Source: Hormiphora californensis
Lineage: Eukaryota > Animalia > Ctenophora
Assembly: GCA_020137815.1 (NCBI GenBank)
Contig: CM035359.1
Coordinates: forward strand, 2,232,001-2,296,000
Direction of reading: 5' to 3'
DNA: 64,000 nt
The position numbers were made by a program, and so were the translations under genes. This document shows, piece by piece, positions 39,964-52,051 of this stretch. The notes under the pieces were generated by a model. It did no database searches and had not been told where the DNA came from. It was given only the letters and a program-made list of their open reading frames with translations. The first letter of the stretch is position 1. Each line of letters opens with the position of its first letter.

Positions 39964-42900
39964 TCAAGATTGGAATTGATCAGGACGCCACTGCAGGATA
40001 GAGTTGTTGTTCGATTGAGATGGATACCCGATAATAGGTGGAGTATCAGGGATGAACAAAGGTGACACCCAGGCGTGATTTAAAATGGGAAAGTGTCGGT
40101 CCCTCCTTAACATGTCGTGGTAGAGTGTTCCACAGTTGGGGCCCTTAACTGCAAAAGAACCCTCAAACATGGTGAGATTTGATCGTTGAGCTTCATAAGA
40201 ATATCTGGAACAATTGCTCTTGGTCCAGAACGGGGGCTCTCCAAAAAGCCCATGTTGGTGGTGTTTTGTGATTCACCATTGTATATTTTCCAGACCATTA
40301 TCATAGTGTATCTCTCACGACGTCTTTGAAGTGACAGTAGACACAGGGATCGAGTCTCTGCCAGTATCCAGGCCTTTAAGGCCGGCGATTTTACGAGTAA
40401 AGCACGTTGAATATCCTCTAAACGACTGATATCGCCAATCTTGGTGGGGGACCAAAGAGTACAAACAGTAGTCCAGGTGTGGACGCACCAGGGATTTGTA
40501 GAGGGTAACCATGGTGCTCCGAGAACGGGACCTGAATGCACTGAGGGTCCAGCCGCAATACGTCTCGCCTCTGATATTACACGAGTATCTGGGTTGACCA
40601 TGAACGTCGGAGGAGAGAAGAACGCCAAGATCACGACGGTACGGGAAGGATAATAGCTCTTACCGTCTAAAGATGATATGTATAGTTCTCGGCACTAAAG
40701 GGCATTTCCCTGAGAGATGATGTGTGATTTAGTGTATAGTTCATCACTTCAAACTTTGCTTGGTGGAGCGACATATTGTTGATATCTGCCCAAGAAATGA
40801 TGCTGTTGAGATCCTCTTGAAGGAGGACCTTATCCAGTACCGTTCGATAGCAGAGAAGATTTTGGTATCGTCTGCAAATGACAAGGACGAGCCGTGTTTG
40901 ACTACAGAATCTAGGTCGATCACATATATGAGAAATAGGATTGGGCCTAGAACTGTCCCTTGGGGTACACCACTAATCACTTGAGCGAAAGAGGAAGGGA
41001 CCACCGTCGACCATAACAGTTTGCATCCGATCGGTAAGGAAACTACTTAGCCAAGATAAAGTCTGCCTTGACACCATATTTCTGGAGTTTTTCCAATAGA
41101 ATGCCATGTCCACCTTATCAAATGCCTTCTCAAAATCGAGGTAGATAACATCTACCTCGAGAGACCATTGAGATTGTTCAGTAGGTTGTCAATATGACGA
41201 GTGAGTTGCGAGAGACAGCTCCGCTTACTTCTGAATCCATGTTTGAGAGTCATTAAAAAGATTTTCTGACTCAAAATACGATACAAGTTGGGAACGAACA
41301 ACTCTTTCGAAAGTTTTAGTAATGTGACTGGTCAATGAAATTGGCCATAGTTTGCAGCACATGACTTAGAACCTTTTTGTAGAGGGGTGATATGAACTGC
41401 TGCTTCAGGTACGTAGGAACTGCACCTGAGTTGAATGATTTACACCACAGGATATACAAAGGGTAGATAGAGATGACCGACAGTCACGTAGAATTCTGGC
41501 GGGAATATCCCCTGTGGGCCTGCGGATAAGGGTTCAGATCGGCTAACGCCTTCTCAATGTCCGATGAGAGAACAATATGTCTGAAATACTGGACGTTGAT
41601 GGCGATATAGATGAGGCTGCAGCTGAAGGGGATGTAGAAGGGAAGCTAAATACAGAAGTGAATTGGGACTGGAATAACTCGGCCTTTTCAGAAGCGTTCA
41701 TCCGTTAGTGATCCATCCTCTCGTAAAAGTGGTGGAATCCGTGAACGCATTTTACGCTTTCGATTTGCATAGGACCAGAAAAACTTCGGATTTGACTTGA
41801 TTTTATCCAAAGCCCCCTGTTCCTCATCATCCAACCGCTGTGAGATGTGGGCCATTATCCTCAGCGTGACCCTGGCAACACTAATTTCAAGTTGTGATAG
41901 ATTTGGAGTAGTGTGTTGCCGAGCGATAGACAAACGTTTGTTGAGACTTCTCTGCTTGATTTTCAGGCGCCTCAAAATAGGATCACGACGTTTGTTTCCC
42001 GCTCTCTTTTTCCTCTTGGAGTGATGAGACACACTGCAAGATGGTCAAATTGAAAAGTTGGACAAAATCTGATCCGTTCCCTGTCATTACAGATATCAGC
42101 AAGAGCATCCAGTCGATAGGTTTAGCTCGTTACGCATTGATGGGAAGTCCGCTTCATGAAAATTGAATGCAAGAAAATCCTCAAGATTGGAGTCACGAAC
42201 TGGCTGGGACTTGATACCAAACCAAGAGTACATGTTACCATTTGGTGATCGGAAGTTTGGATCTGATACATTGGTAGGAGTCTATGACATAATCAGGTCT
42301 GTTAGTCAAAACAAGGTCCAGGGTATTGGATCCTCTGGTTGGACCATCGACAATTTGAGTCAGAAAATGAGAGGCTGAGAAGTCGAGCAGGTTCCGGGAT
42401 GCAGTATCAGGGGCTTCCATGGACACCCAGTTGATGCCAGGCATATTAAAGTCCCCTGTTAAGAAAATGTCCGGTGAGACGTTGTCAGCGCCACAACTGT
42501 CGATGAATTGGGACACACCGTTGAGAAGATCGGCAATTGGAGCATTTGGTGCACGATAAACCACGCCTAGAATGGAGTGGCTCTCTTTAAGGGTACACCT
42601 GGCGTTTTTCATTATCGAGTGCCCAACCAAATGACTTCACCAGGGTTTAGGCCATACAAAATGGACCTCAAATATGCAATTTTAGCCCTAAATTCGAATT
42701 CATATTTTTGCTACAGCCTATTTTCAAAGTGGCGTTTTTTCAATTTTTGTTGGAATTTTTAACCTCAGGACCACTTTTTTTGAGATAGAAACATTAAATT
42801 CTTGGAATTTGAAGAGATTATAAAGGTGAATAAGCCCAAAGAAGGATTTTTGAAATGGAACGTATTTCTGGCCATGAGAACGGTTTACTTTTTTGCTTCT

Positions 42901-44387
42901 TTGACACGCTGGCTGAGAATGTTCCCATGCTTCATTAGAGATGAAAATCTGGAAATAGTTGCTCAAAACGATTATCTATGTGGCCCAAAAATTTTGGAAC
43001 TTTCCCGCCAAAGATGCGGTGTACAGAGCTTGTTTTGTGAAACCCGTCTTTTTGAAAAAGAGGGAAATTCCCTGTATCTCAAAAACGGATGATCATAGAG
43101 ACCTGCGACCAAGCTTAATCGATTCAGAAGGTCCGATTTTGGGGGGGTCTTCTGAGAGACATTTTGCTCCTACTCCAACCGTTTTTGCTGTAAGTGCAAA
43201 AAACCAATTCTATGAAAAGGGGAAACAACTCTATTCCAGTAGCCTGCTTCGGGCTGATTTCCCCCTTACTTGCTGATACCTTTTTCGCAATTACAGCAAA
43301 AACGGTTGGAGTAGGAGCAAAATGTCTCTCAGAAGACCCCCCCAAAATCGGACCTTCTGAATCGATTAAGCTTGGTCGCAGGTCTCTATGATCATCCGTT
43401 TTTGAGATACAGGGAATTTCCCTCTTTTTCAAAAAGACGGGTTTCACAAAACAAGCTCTGTACACCGCATCTTTGGCGGGAAAGTTCCAAAATTTTTGGG
43501 CCACATAGATAATCGTTTTGAGCAACTATTTCCAGATTTTCATCTCTAATGAAGCATGGGAACATTCTCAGCCAGCGTGTCAAAGAAGCAAAAAAGTAAA
43601 CCGTTCTCATGGCCAGAAATACGTTCCATTTCAAAAATCCTTCTTTGGGCTTATTCACCTTTATAATCTCTTCAAATTCCAAGAATTTAATGTTTCTATC
43701 TCAAAAAAAGTGGTCCTGAGGTTAAAAATTCCAACAAAAATTGAAAAAACGCCACTTTGAAAATAGGCTGTAGCAAAAATATGAATTCGAATTTAGGGCT
43801 AAAATTGCATATTTGAGGTCCATTTTGTATGGCCTAAACCCTGGTGAAGTCATTTGGTTGGGCACTCGATGATGAAAAACGCCAGGTGTACCCTTAATGT
43901 ACACGATAGCTGCACTGCTGGAGGAATCAGAGTAACGGTAGTCGAGTGAGATAGGAAGTTGGCTGTTTACATAGAGGGCAACACCCCCACCTCTTCTACC
44001 ATCACGGTCACTCCTGATGAGGTGGAAACCTTCAATGTTCAACTGAGCATCACTAAATGCATCACTCCACCAAGTTTCAGTTATAGCAGTGCATAGTATG
44101 GGGTGTGAAGAATTCTGTAAGGTGTCCCTGAGATAGGGAAGCTTCCACTTACATTCGCTACCCGCAGAAGGGGTTAAACTACGGGCGTTGATACTGAGTA
44201 ATTTCGAAATCTTTCCAGTGCTCCTGGGAATAGCATTGGAGTTGTTGCACAGGGCTGGCTGAGGGGAAGATATTGGGGCCGTGGTGGAGTGTAGCCCTGG
44301 AATTCCTGTCTCATTGAGTCCAGGGACAGTTTTACCTCCCGTAGTATGTCGTCCCGTACAGTTTCCATCAAGTTCATCAGAAAATCC
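39964..44387 (-). pseudogene. LINE ORF2 (endonuclease + reverse transcriptase), fragmented
   Basis: Motifs are spread over several frames, and the APE domain is split by the insertion at 42591-43893. Confidence 0.85.
42591..43893. mobile_element. Kolobok-like foldback element inserted in the LINE endonuclease
   Basis: TTAA|GGGTAC...GTACCC|TTAA; ~610-bp arms; shares internal blocks with 35020-36409; the APE frame (VYIK/ESHS) resumes across it. Confidence 0.85.
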
Positions 44388-45679
44388 TGCTGCGTATTTT
44401 GGCGTTTTTCGACGGCAGGAGGAGCAGATTTGTCACCTGTGTTTTGGGGACGATTTTGTGAGCCAGACTGAGATTTCCTGTCACCAGATTGGGGTTTTCT
44501 GGCATCGTTATTGGGTTTCTTGGCATTAGGGCGGGGCGTCCTTTCCTCTTTTCTGCGGGTGAACTTAAGATGAGTCCTCTTGCAGTCTCTGTTCGTACAG
44601 ACCCGGGCAATCTCAGACTCTTTGCAGAGTGGAGGATGGAGATAGGAGCAGTTGTTCCCTTTGTTACAACCGTGATTCCTAGTCGTCCCGTATTGGCTAA
44701 ACCTAAGACACATTGGAGGGTGTTCTTTCTTGCAGGTTTTACCATTAACCAACTTGTCACCTCGGGTACCGTGCGGGCAGTCCCTTAGTAAGTGGCGTTC
44801 ACAGACATTTTTGAACTTGGATTTGGATTTGATAGGAAGTTTGGGTTTCTTATCATCCTGATCCTCGTCTGTGCTTTCCTCCTCCGAACTCAACTCGGGG
44901 ATGATCTTGGTGTCTAGAACAGTTAAACCACCGACTGGAGTTGTCATGTCGGGATCATTTTGTTGGCTTTGAGAACTGTCGATGTTGGCCTGGGATTCAC
45001 CGACTTGGGAAGTTTGAGAATTTTTGATCTCTTTTTTGTTCACCTTGGTCTTCTTCTTTTTCTTCATCCCACTTCTGCCTACTTTGGGACTGATCTTGAG
45101 TTGGAATTCCGAATCAGACAGGTTTGGGTTATCTGGGTTAATGTCACCGGTAAAGGTTTCGGTTATCCCATTTTTCTTCTCACAAGGTGAACATATCCAG
45201 TGGGAGCCAGGAATAGATCCAGGAGACCCTGCCATCGCGTCACATACGTGGGCTCCTTGGCCACAAAGGTAGCAGCGAATAGAAGGAGATTCGCCGAGCT
45301 TAAAGGCGTACATTTCGTTACACCCCTTGCATCTACAGGGAAAGTGGCTTTCGAGCTGCATGATAAGGTAGTCCGATAGCGTGGTGCGATTTTGGTACCG
45401 TTTTGTTTTTTCAGCATTTGACCCGGGAGAAGCACCAAAAAATCTTCCGGCAGCTTCGAGGTGTTCGCAGTTAAAAGCTCGAAACACTTCTAGGTTTTTG
45501 TTGTAGTGGACATCGTGACGGTATGCCGATAACACCTTCCTCGTAAGTGAGTCAGCCTGGTTGATAAGAGCTGCAACGGCAAGGATGCTACCATCGACAT
45601 CGACATCAGAAGTTTCATTTGATTCATTAACCATCTTTGACATAGGGCTAGACCCTAGATAGGAAGATTTGAAACGCAC
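44174..45679 (-). CDS. LINE ORF1 protein with a PHD-like finger and three CCCH-type fingers
   Basis: Intact ~500-aa ORF: C..C..CYLCGQGAH.C..WICSPC, CERHLLRDC..CKKEH, CLRF..CNKGNNCSYLH, C..C..C..H. Likely ATG near 45643. Confidence 0.85.
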   Translation of the reverse strand: MRFKSSYLGSSPMSKMVNESNETSDVDVDGSILAVAALINQADSLTRKVLSAYRHDVHYNKNLEVFRAFNCEHLEAAGRFFGASPGSNAEKTKRYQNRTTLSDYLIMQLESHFPCRCKGCNEMYAFKLGESPSIRCYLCGQGAHVCDAMAGSPGSIPGSHWICSPCEKKNGITETFTGDINPDNPNLSDSEFQLKISPKVGRSGMKKKKKTKVNKKEIKNSQTSQVGESQANIDSSQSQQNDPDMTTPVGGLTVLDTKIIPELSSEEESTDEDQDDKKPKLPIKSKSKFKNVCERHLLRDCPHGTRGDKLVNGKTCKKEHPPMCLRFSQYGTTRNHGCNKGNNCSYLHPPLCKESEIARVCTNRDCKRTHLKFTRRKEERTPRPNAKKPNNDARKPQSGDRKSQSGSQNRPQNTGDKSAPPAVEKRQNTQQDFLMNLMETVRDDILREVKLSLDSMRQEFQGYTPPRPQYLPLSQPCATTPMLFPGALERFRNYSVSTPVV

Positions 45680-46312
45680 GGGCGCGCGCTCAAATTAATT
45701 TGTTTAAAGTAGTGTTGAAAAGTTTGAAACAATACAATTTTCAAACTTTTATGATATCGCAGAAAAAAAAATTCACGAATGCCAGGGGTGAACTGCTCAA
45801 CAAGAATTATTGCATTATAATGCGGTGTTTCCCTGCCCCAGATGGATGTAAAATTGATGACTAAGCTTCAAATTCAGATTTTCCGATGAATTTTGCACTC
45901 TAAGAGCAATTTTTGGCTGATAAGATGATAGTTGCTATGGTAACCAGGGTGGTTGCTATGATAACCAAGACAGTTGCTTAGGAGACCCTAGTTGGTGACC
46001 AAGCGCTTCACCTTTACCCTCAGGCATCAGTAATCTTAACACCAGTCACTTGCAATTATTGTGTGATAGTAGTTTCATGCTTGGAAGACTTGCTACCACG
46101 TCATGGTACGGCTGTAGGGTACCCAAAGTGATTTCAGGTGAAAATAGGAAGTGATACGAGTGAGTAATTGCGCGCCACAATATGTGTTAATCATTTCCTT
46201 TGTTGCATCAACAAAGTGTGAGTTGAAAGATTTATGAAGGAGCAGACTTTGTTGCTATGTGTAACGGTGGACAGACGGACGGACATTTTAGTTAACTACA
46301 CAATCTGCTGAT

Positions 46313-46593
46313 TTCTAAACCCTGAATGATCTTTTTAGCACGTGCGTGCTAAAAAGATCATCCCGGGTGATTGCCTTCGGCAATCACCCGGGCAGGGAAA
46401 AAATAAACCTCAGGGCTTAGAAGACTGCAGTGAGTAGTGACAGACGGCAGTCAGCAGTGACTAGTGAGCTGTGAGAGTAAAAACTGAAAAGAAAAAAAAA
46501 GAACGTCGCGTGTGTAAAATTTTTTCCCCTCCTGGGTGAATGCCGAAGGCATTCACCCAGATGCCTTTTGCAAAAAGGCATAGGGGTTTAGAA
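46313..46593. other. two inverted modules of tandem hairpins
   Basis: Each module reads TTCTAAACCC, hairpin 1, hairpin 2 with a TGCC-TTC/GAA-GGCA apex, GGGAAAAAAT; the modules face each other. Confidence 0.75.
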
Positions 46594-47949
46594 TTCGACA
46601 ATTTTACATACTAGTGAGGTGTCACGGTCACAAAACCGGCTGTAACACGCTCAGTTGCGAGGGACAACGGTGTTGCTCCTTCATCAAATACTTCAATGGC
46701 ACGTTTTCAGGAAATGTGAGCCGCGCAATGCTGCACACAATTTAGTGCCACTAAAACACAAGGATTTGTTCTATACGGTTTGAGTGATTGATAAATGATC
46801 GGAAATGTTTGTGATTTGTCCCCTTCACATTAGATGGTTACGAAAATAAAGGTTGGCGGGGAAACATAGCATTATGAAACATAATGCAGTTATTCTTGTT
46901 AATTTGAGAAATATGAAATCTAAAAATTAGTTCTAAAATCGACGCGGCCGCGGCGTCAATAAATTGGAAAGCGCGAAAAGTTGCATTTTACGTTGCATCA
47001 ATAAGCTTTACGCACACGCTAGTGGGGAAAATACCCCCCCAAAAAGGCACGTTTTTGTGACCTATTCAGGAGTGAAAAAGGGCAGTTTATGAACAGATCT
47101 GTGGAAAAATTTTTTTCAAAAAGTGTTTGTACCCGGGTCAAATGACTAATTGAAGCCAATTAAACCCCTGTTTGCCAGTTAAACGGACAAATGCCTCTCA
47201 TTTCTGATTGATAGATCGGATTTGAGTCTAGTAAAAACCTTAGTGTTTTAAATTCATGTGTTCACAAGATACAGTTTAAAATTTGATCAAAATAGGTTCC
47301 AAATTAGGCTTTTGAGCCTAGGGCACCTTGCATGGGTGCGCGTCTTTTTAGAACGATAACAATGCTTACTTTCATCGCGCGCAAGACCTATGAATATCGC
47401 GCGCAAGGTAAGTAGACCTCATTTTGGACAGATTTCATCCAGACAGAGCACTGGCAATTATAGTCTAAATCATGTTTGATAATTTCTTCCTCATTTCATG
47501 ACCATTTCCAAGGTTTCAGTAATCCGATATCAAACTCACAGTTTAAAACATGTTTGTATGGAGATAGAAATCGAGTAAGAGGGTGAGAGAGAGGTAGAGA
47601 GGGGTAGGGAGAGACAGAGAGAAAGACAGATAATTATCTACACACATGTTTTAATTATTCAACGACACTATTCTTTGTATTTGTTTACCAATAACTTAAA
47701 CTGATATGGATAATAAAATGGTAAACACTGCAAATATATTAAAAACATAAACAATTTAAAACATCATCACATTTATATACAAGAGAGAATTCTCCCGCTT
47801 CTTGCGGAACAAAGATACAAAGATTGTGAGTTAAATTCGCTTGAGACTATCTTTTTTCCATGGCGAGGAGTGTCACTCTTTCACTTCGAGGGTTCAGAGG
47901 AAGACTGAGAGAGAGGACACTACTGAAGTAATTGGTTGTTTTAAGTGCC

Positions 47950-48009
47950 TTATAGCACAGTGTACTTTTGGCGACAGAGAGCGCATTTATCATGTACATC
48001 CGAGCACTC
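47950..48009 (-). CDS. possible last exon of a RING-finger gene (fragment)
   Basis: ECSDVHDKCALCRQKYTVL* resembles a RING C-terminus; upstream exons not reliably resolved. Confidence 0.35.
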   Translation of the reverse strand, partial: ECSDVHDKCALCRQKYTVL

Positions 48010-48306
48010 TCGGAAATAAGGTTTTAATACGGGAGCCCTCCCCCCACCACACATTTATAAAAATTAAAAAACAGTCCATTTAAGTAAACAGTATAATAAG
48101 CTGGGCAAAAGATACACCCGATGGCTGATCTATCTGGACCAAGATGTGCTCCATCACTTTGCGGTATATATAGCTGTGTTTTCCTGTCTCTCATCAATTA
48201 AATAGCAAGAATCCAACAATTTAAAGGATTACAGTCACCACTCCTCCAATCACACCTAAAAATGGAATTGGGGATTAGGGGTTACAATAACAGAAGAAGT
48301 TACCAA

Positions 48307-49440
48307 ATTAGGGGAAATTAGGGAGAAATTAGGGAGAAATTAGGGGAAATTAGGGATAAATTAGGAATAAATTAGGGATAAAATAGGGAGAATTTAGGGA
48401 GAATTTAGGGAGAATTTAGGGAGAGTTTAGGGAGAATTTAGGGAGAATTTAGGGATAAATTAGGGATAAATTAGGGATAAATTAGGAATAAATTAGGAAT
48501 AAATTAGGGATAAATTAGGGATAATTTAGGGAGAAATTAGGGAGAAATTAGGGGAAATTAGGGATAAATTAGGAATAAATTAGGGATAAAATAGGGAGAA
48601 TTTAGGGAGAATTTAGGGAGAATTTAGGGAGAGTTTAGGGAGAATTTAGGGAGAATTTAGGGATAAATTAGGGATAAATTAGGGATAAATTAGGAATAAA
48701 TTAGGAATAAATTAGGGATAAATTAGGGATAATTTAGGGAGAAATTAGGGAGAAATTAGGGGAAATTAGGGATAAATTAGGAATAAATTAGGGATAAAAT
48801 AGGGAGAATTTAGGGAGAATTTAGGGAGAATTTAGGGAGAATTTAGGGAGAATTTAGGGAGAATTTAGGGAGAATTTAGGGATAAATTAGGGATAAATTA
48901 GGGATAAATTAGGAATAAATTAGGGATAAATTAGGGATAAATTAGGGATAATTTAGGGAGAATTTAGGGATAAATTAGGGATAAATTAGGAATAAATTAG
49001 GAATAAATTAGGAATAAATTAGCGAGAATTTGGGGAGAATTTAGGGAGAATTTAGGGAGAATTTAGGGATAAATTAGGGATAAGTTAGGGATAAATTAGG
49101 AATAAATTAGGAATAAATTAGGGAGAATTTAGGGAGAATTTAGGGAGAATTTAGGGAGAATTTTGTTTTGTACAAACGGGGCGCGCGAAAAACAGTCTAA
49201 CCTGGCAAGGAGAATTTAGGGATAAATTAGGGATAAATTAGGAATAAATTAGGAATAAATTAGGGATAAATTAGGGAGAATTTAGGGAGAATTTAGGGAG
49301 AATTTAGGGAGAATTTAGGGAGAATTTAGGGAGAATTTAGGGAGAATTTAGGGAGAATTTAGGGAGAATTTAGGGAGAATTTAGGGAGAATTTAGGGATA
49401 AATTAGGGATAAATTAGGGATAAATTAAGGAGAATTTAGA
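48307..49440. repeat. 11-bp TTAGGG-containing satellite
   Basis: Arrays of TTAGGGAGAAT / TTAGGGATAAA / TTAGGAATAAA with higher-order blocks. Confidence 0.95.
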
Positions 49441-50514
49441 AGGGAGGGGAAGAGAAGGGAGGGGAAGAGAAGGGAGGGGAAGAGAAGGGAGGGGAAGAGA
49501 AGGGAGAGGAAGAGAAGGGAGAGGAAGAGAAGGGAGGGGAAGAGAAGGGAGGGGAAGAGAAGGGAGGGGAAGAGAAGGGAGGGGAAGAGAAGGGAGGGGA
49601 AGAGAAGGGAGGGGAAGAGAAGGGAGGGGAAGAGAAGGGAGAGGAAGAGAAGGGAGGGGAAGAGAAGGGAGGGGAAGAGAAGGGAGGGGAAGAGAAGGGA
49701 GGGGAAGAGAAGGGAGGGGAAGAGAAGGGAGGGGAAGAGAAGGGAGGGGAAGAGAAGGGAGGGGAAGAGAAGGGAGGGGAAGAGAAGGGAGGGGAAGAGA
49801 AGGGAGGGGAAGAGAAGGGAGGGGAAGAGAAGGGAGGGGAAGAGAAGGGAGGGGAAGAGAAGGGAGGGGAAGAGAAGGGAGGGGAAGAGAAGGGAGGGGA
49901 AGAGAAGGGAGGGGAAGAGAAGGGAGGGGAAGAGAAGGGAGGGGAAGAGAAGGGAGGGGAAGAGAAGGGAGGGGAAGAGAAGGGAGGGGAAGAGAAGGGA
50001 GGGGAAGAGAAGGGAGGGGAAGAGAAGGGAGGGGAAGAGAAGGGAGGGGAAGAGAAGGGGAAGGGAAGGGGAAGGGGAAGGGGAAGGGGAAGGGGAAGGG
50101 GAAGGGGAAGGGGAAGGGGAAGGGGAAGGGGAAGGGGAAGGGGAAGGGGAAGGGGAAGGGGAAGGGGAAGGGGAAGGGGAAGGGGAAGGGGAAGGGGAAG
50201 GGGAAGGGGAAGGGGAAGGGGAAGGGGAAGGGGAAGGGGAAGGGGAAGGGGAAGGGGAAGGGGAAGGGGAAGGGGAAGGGGAAGGGGAAGGGGAAGGGGA
50301 AGGGGAAGGGGAAGGGGAAGGGGAAGGGGAAGGGGAAGGGGAAGGGGAAGGGGAAGGGGAAGGGGAAGGGGAAGGGGAAGGGGAAGGGAAGGGAAGGGAA
50401 GGGAAGGGAAGGGAAGGGAAGGGAAGGGAAGGGAAGGGAAGGGAAGGGAAGGGAAGGGAAGGGAAGGGAAGGGAAGGGAAGGGAAGGGAAGGGAAGGGAA
50501 GGGAAGGGAAGGGG
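49441..50514. repeat. ~1.07-kb pure polypurine tract
   Basis: 15-mer AGAAGGGAGGGGAAG array, then (GAAGGG)n, then (GGGAA)n; only A and G on the + strand. Confidence 0.95.
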
Positions 50515-51458
50515 TAGTGGCGCTTGGGGTAGCTGTACGCATAACACACTAACCTATCATGGAGATATCTCCAGATGAGGGTCAACAGAAGAAGTGGACT
50601 GTCCCATTCCGCATGTGGTAGTCGAACACTCCGTTGACTGTGGATTACACACCATCGTAACTCTCGGTGCCCGGTGGTGGCACATTTTAATAGCTAGAGG
50701 TACTCCTGAATGGGATTTGGTCGTTATAAATTCGTTTTTGGTAGCCCATTACCCATATTGACACTTCTGTCAGTGGACCCGTGCTGACAAGAAGGGGAAG
50801 AAATGAAAAGAGAGCCGTGGCTTGAAGTCAATACCTAGAACAAACCTTTTTTATTCACATAACCCTCCAACTCCACCTCTTCCATCAAAGTTTAGTACTC
50901 GCCAGACGCCATATATGCCCTTTTTTCCAGAATTCCCGACGGTCAGAGGACAACCAATCGCATACCATAGACTGTTTGCTGGCATTTTTTACTTATCAAT
51001 GACGGGAGAATCATAAATTCGCCTTTCCGAAGGTTTTTTATTGTTTGGGAAGTCGTTCTTAGAAAAGCAAAAGTCAAAACAAAAATGCACACTTTTTTTA
51101 AAAAATGCACACTTTTTTTAAAAAAGTCTGGGTCAAATTGAGCTTGGAATTTCGAAATCGACAAAAATTTTCAAAATATACAAAACGCGCAGCGCGCTCC
51201 GACGCGCAAATCGAAAAACGACGCCGCGCACCCCCCCATTTTCCCCACTACGCCGCGCGTTAAGCTTAAACTTAGAAAGTCTGGAATTCACAAAAATTAC
51301 AAGATCTTTAAACTTTTTAAACACGAAACTCTGGCTCAATTCAGTCTTTTTCACAAATTCCAGCTCAGCTCTGTTTAATTCGCCTCCTTAACCAGCTCAC
51401 AAACTACTAGGCTTTAGCTTTAAACTTTTTGTTGTAAATAGTATTCAGAAAACCAGAT

Positions 51459-52051
51459 ATGACTGATCTTGCCCCCGCCTACTCTCCCTTCTTCGGCTGC
51501 ATGGGAGCCGCTTCAGCCATCGTTTTCGCATGTAAGTATCATGAACCTGTTTTAATCACTTCCGGGTTCTTAGTACTTCCGGTTTAAGCTATTTAGTTAA
51601 CTGAAAGTAGTTCTAGATAGCTTTCAGAGCTCCAGGGTATGGGAAATTCCTAGCTTTTGTAAGCGAGTATTGATCGGAAGGACGCTGTATTACAATTTGA
51701 ACGAGATAAACACTTTTTGCTCTAAAGCGATTTAAATACTTATTATTTATTTTTATTATTACTCTTCACTTGTGAAAGATTTGCCAATTTTTTAGGAAGA
51801 TTAACAACGTGGAATTAGTTGTTTCTAACCTAGAATCTAGATTCTAGATACCCCACATTTGGTTCAAGTTTATGACACTTGTAACTTTTCAGCTTTTGGA
51901 GCAGCCTACGGAACAGCCAAATCAGGAATTGGTATCGCTTCCATGGCTGTGATGAAGCCTGACCTGATCATGAAGTCCATCATCCCCGTTGTCATGGCTG
52001 GTATTCTGGCGATCTACGGGCTGGTTGTGGCAGCCCTAATTGCTCAAGGAC
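51459..52051 (+). CDS. ATP6V0C: V-ATPase c proteolipid, 5' half copy A (exons 51459-51531, 51893-52051); no private 3' exons visible
   Basis: [77 protein letters not shown], ending at a phase-1 donor. Confidence 0.85.

Larger units (their letters stand above)
39900..45700 (-). mobile_element. CR1/L2-group LINE (ORF1 + APE-RT ORF2), interrupted by a Kolobok-like foldback
   Basis: APE motifs (INARSL, ITETW, RSDR..RGGGV, GDFNMP, LDLVLTN), RT motifs (GVPQGTVLGPILF, FADDTK) and LYKSLVRPHLDY tail. Ends approximate. Confidence 0.88.

Noticed and set aside
49414-50585. Three 370-390 aa ORFs (FPSLP/PSPS/SSPPF repeats)
   Set aside because: Stop-free translations of the polypyrimidine strand of a satellite.
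50553-50706. Exon-like segment on the minus strand near the V-ATPase promoter
   Set aside because: Has splice-like ends, but every frame contains a stop; cannot be tied to the RING fragment or PLC.
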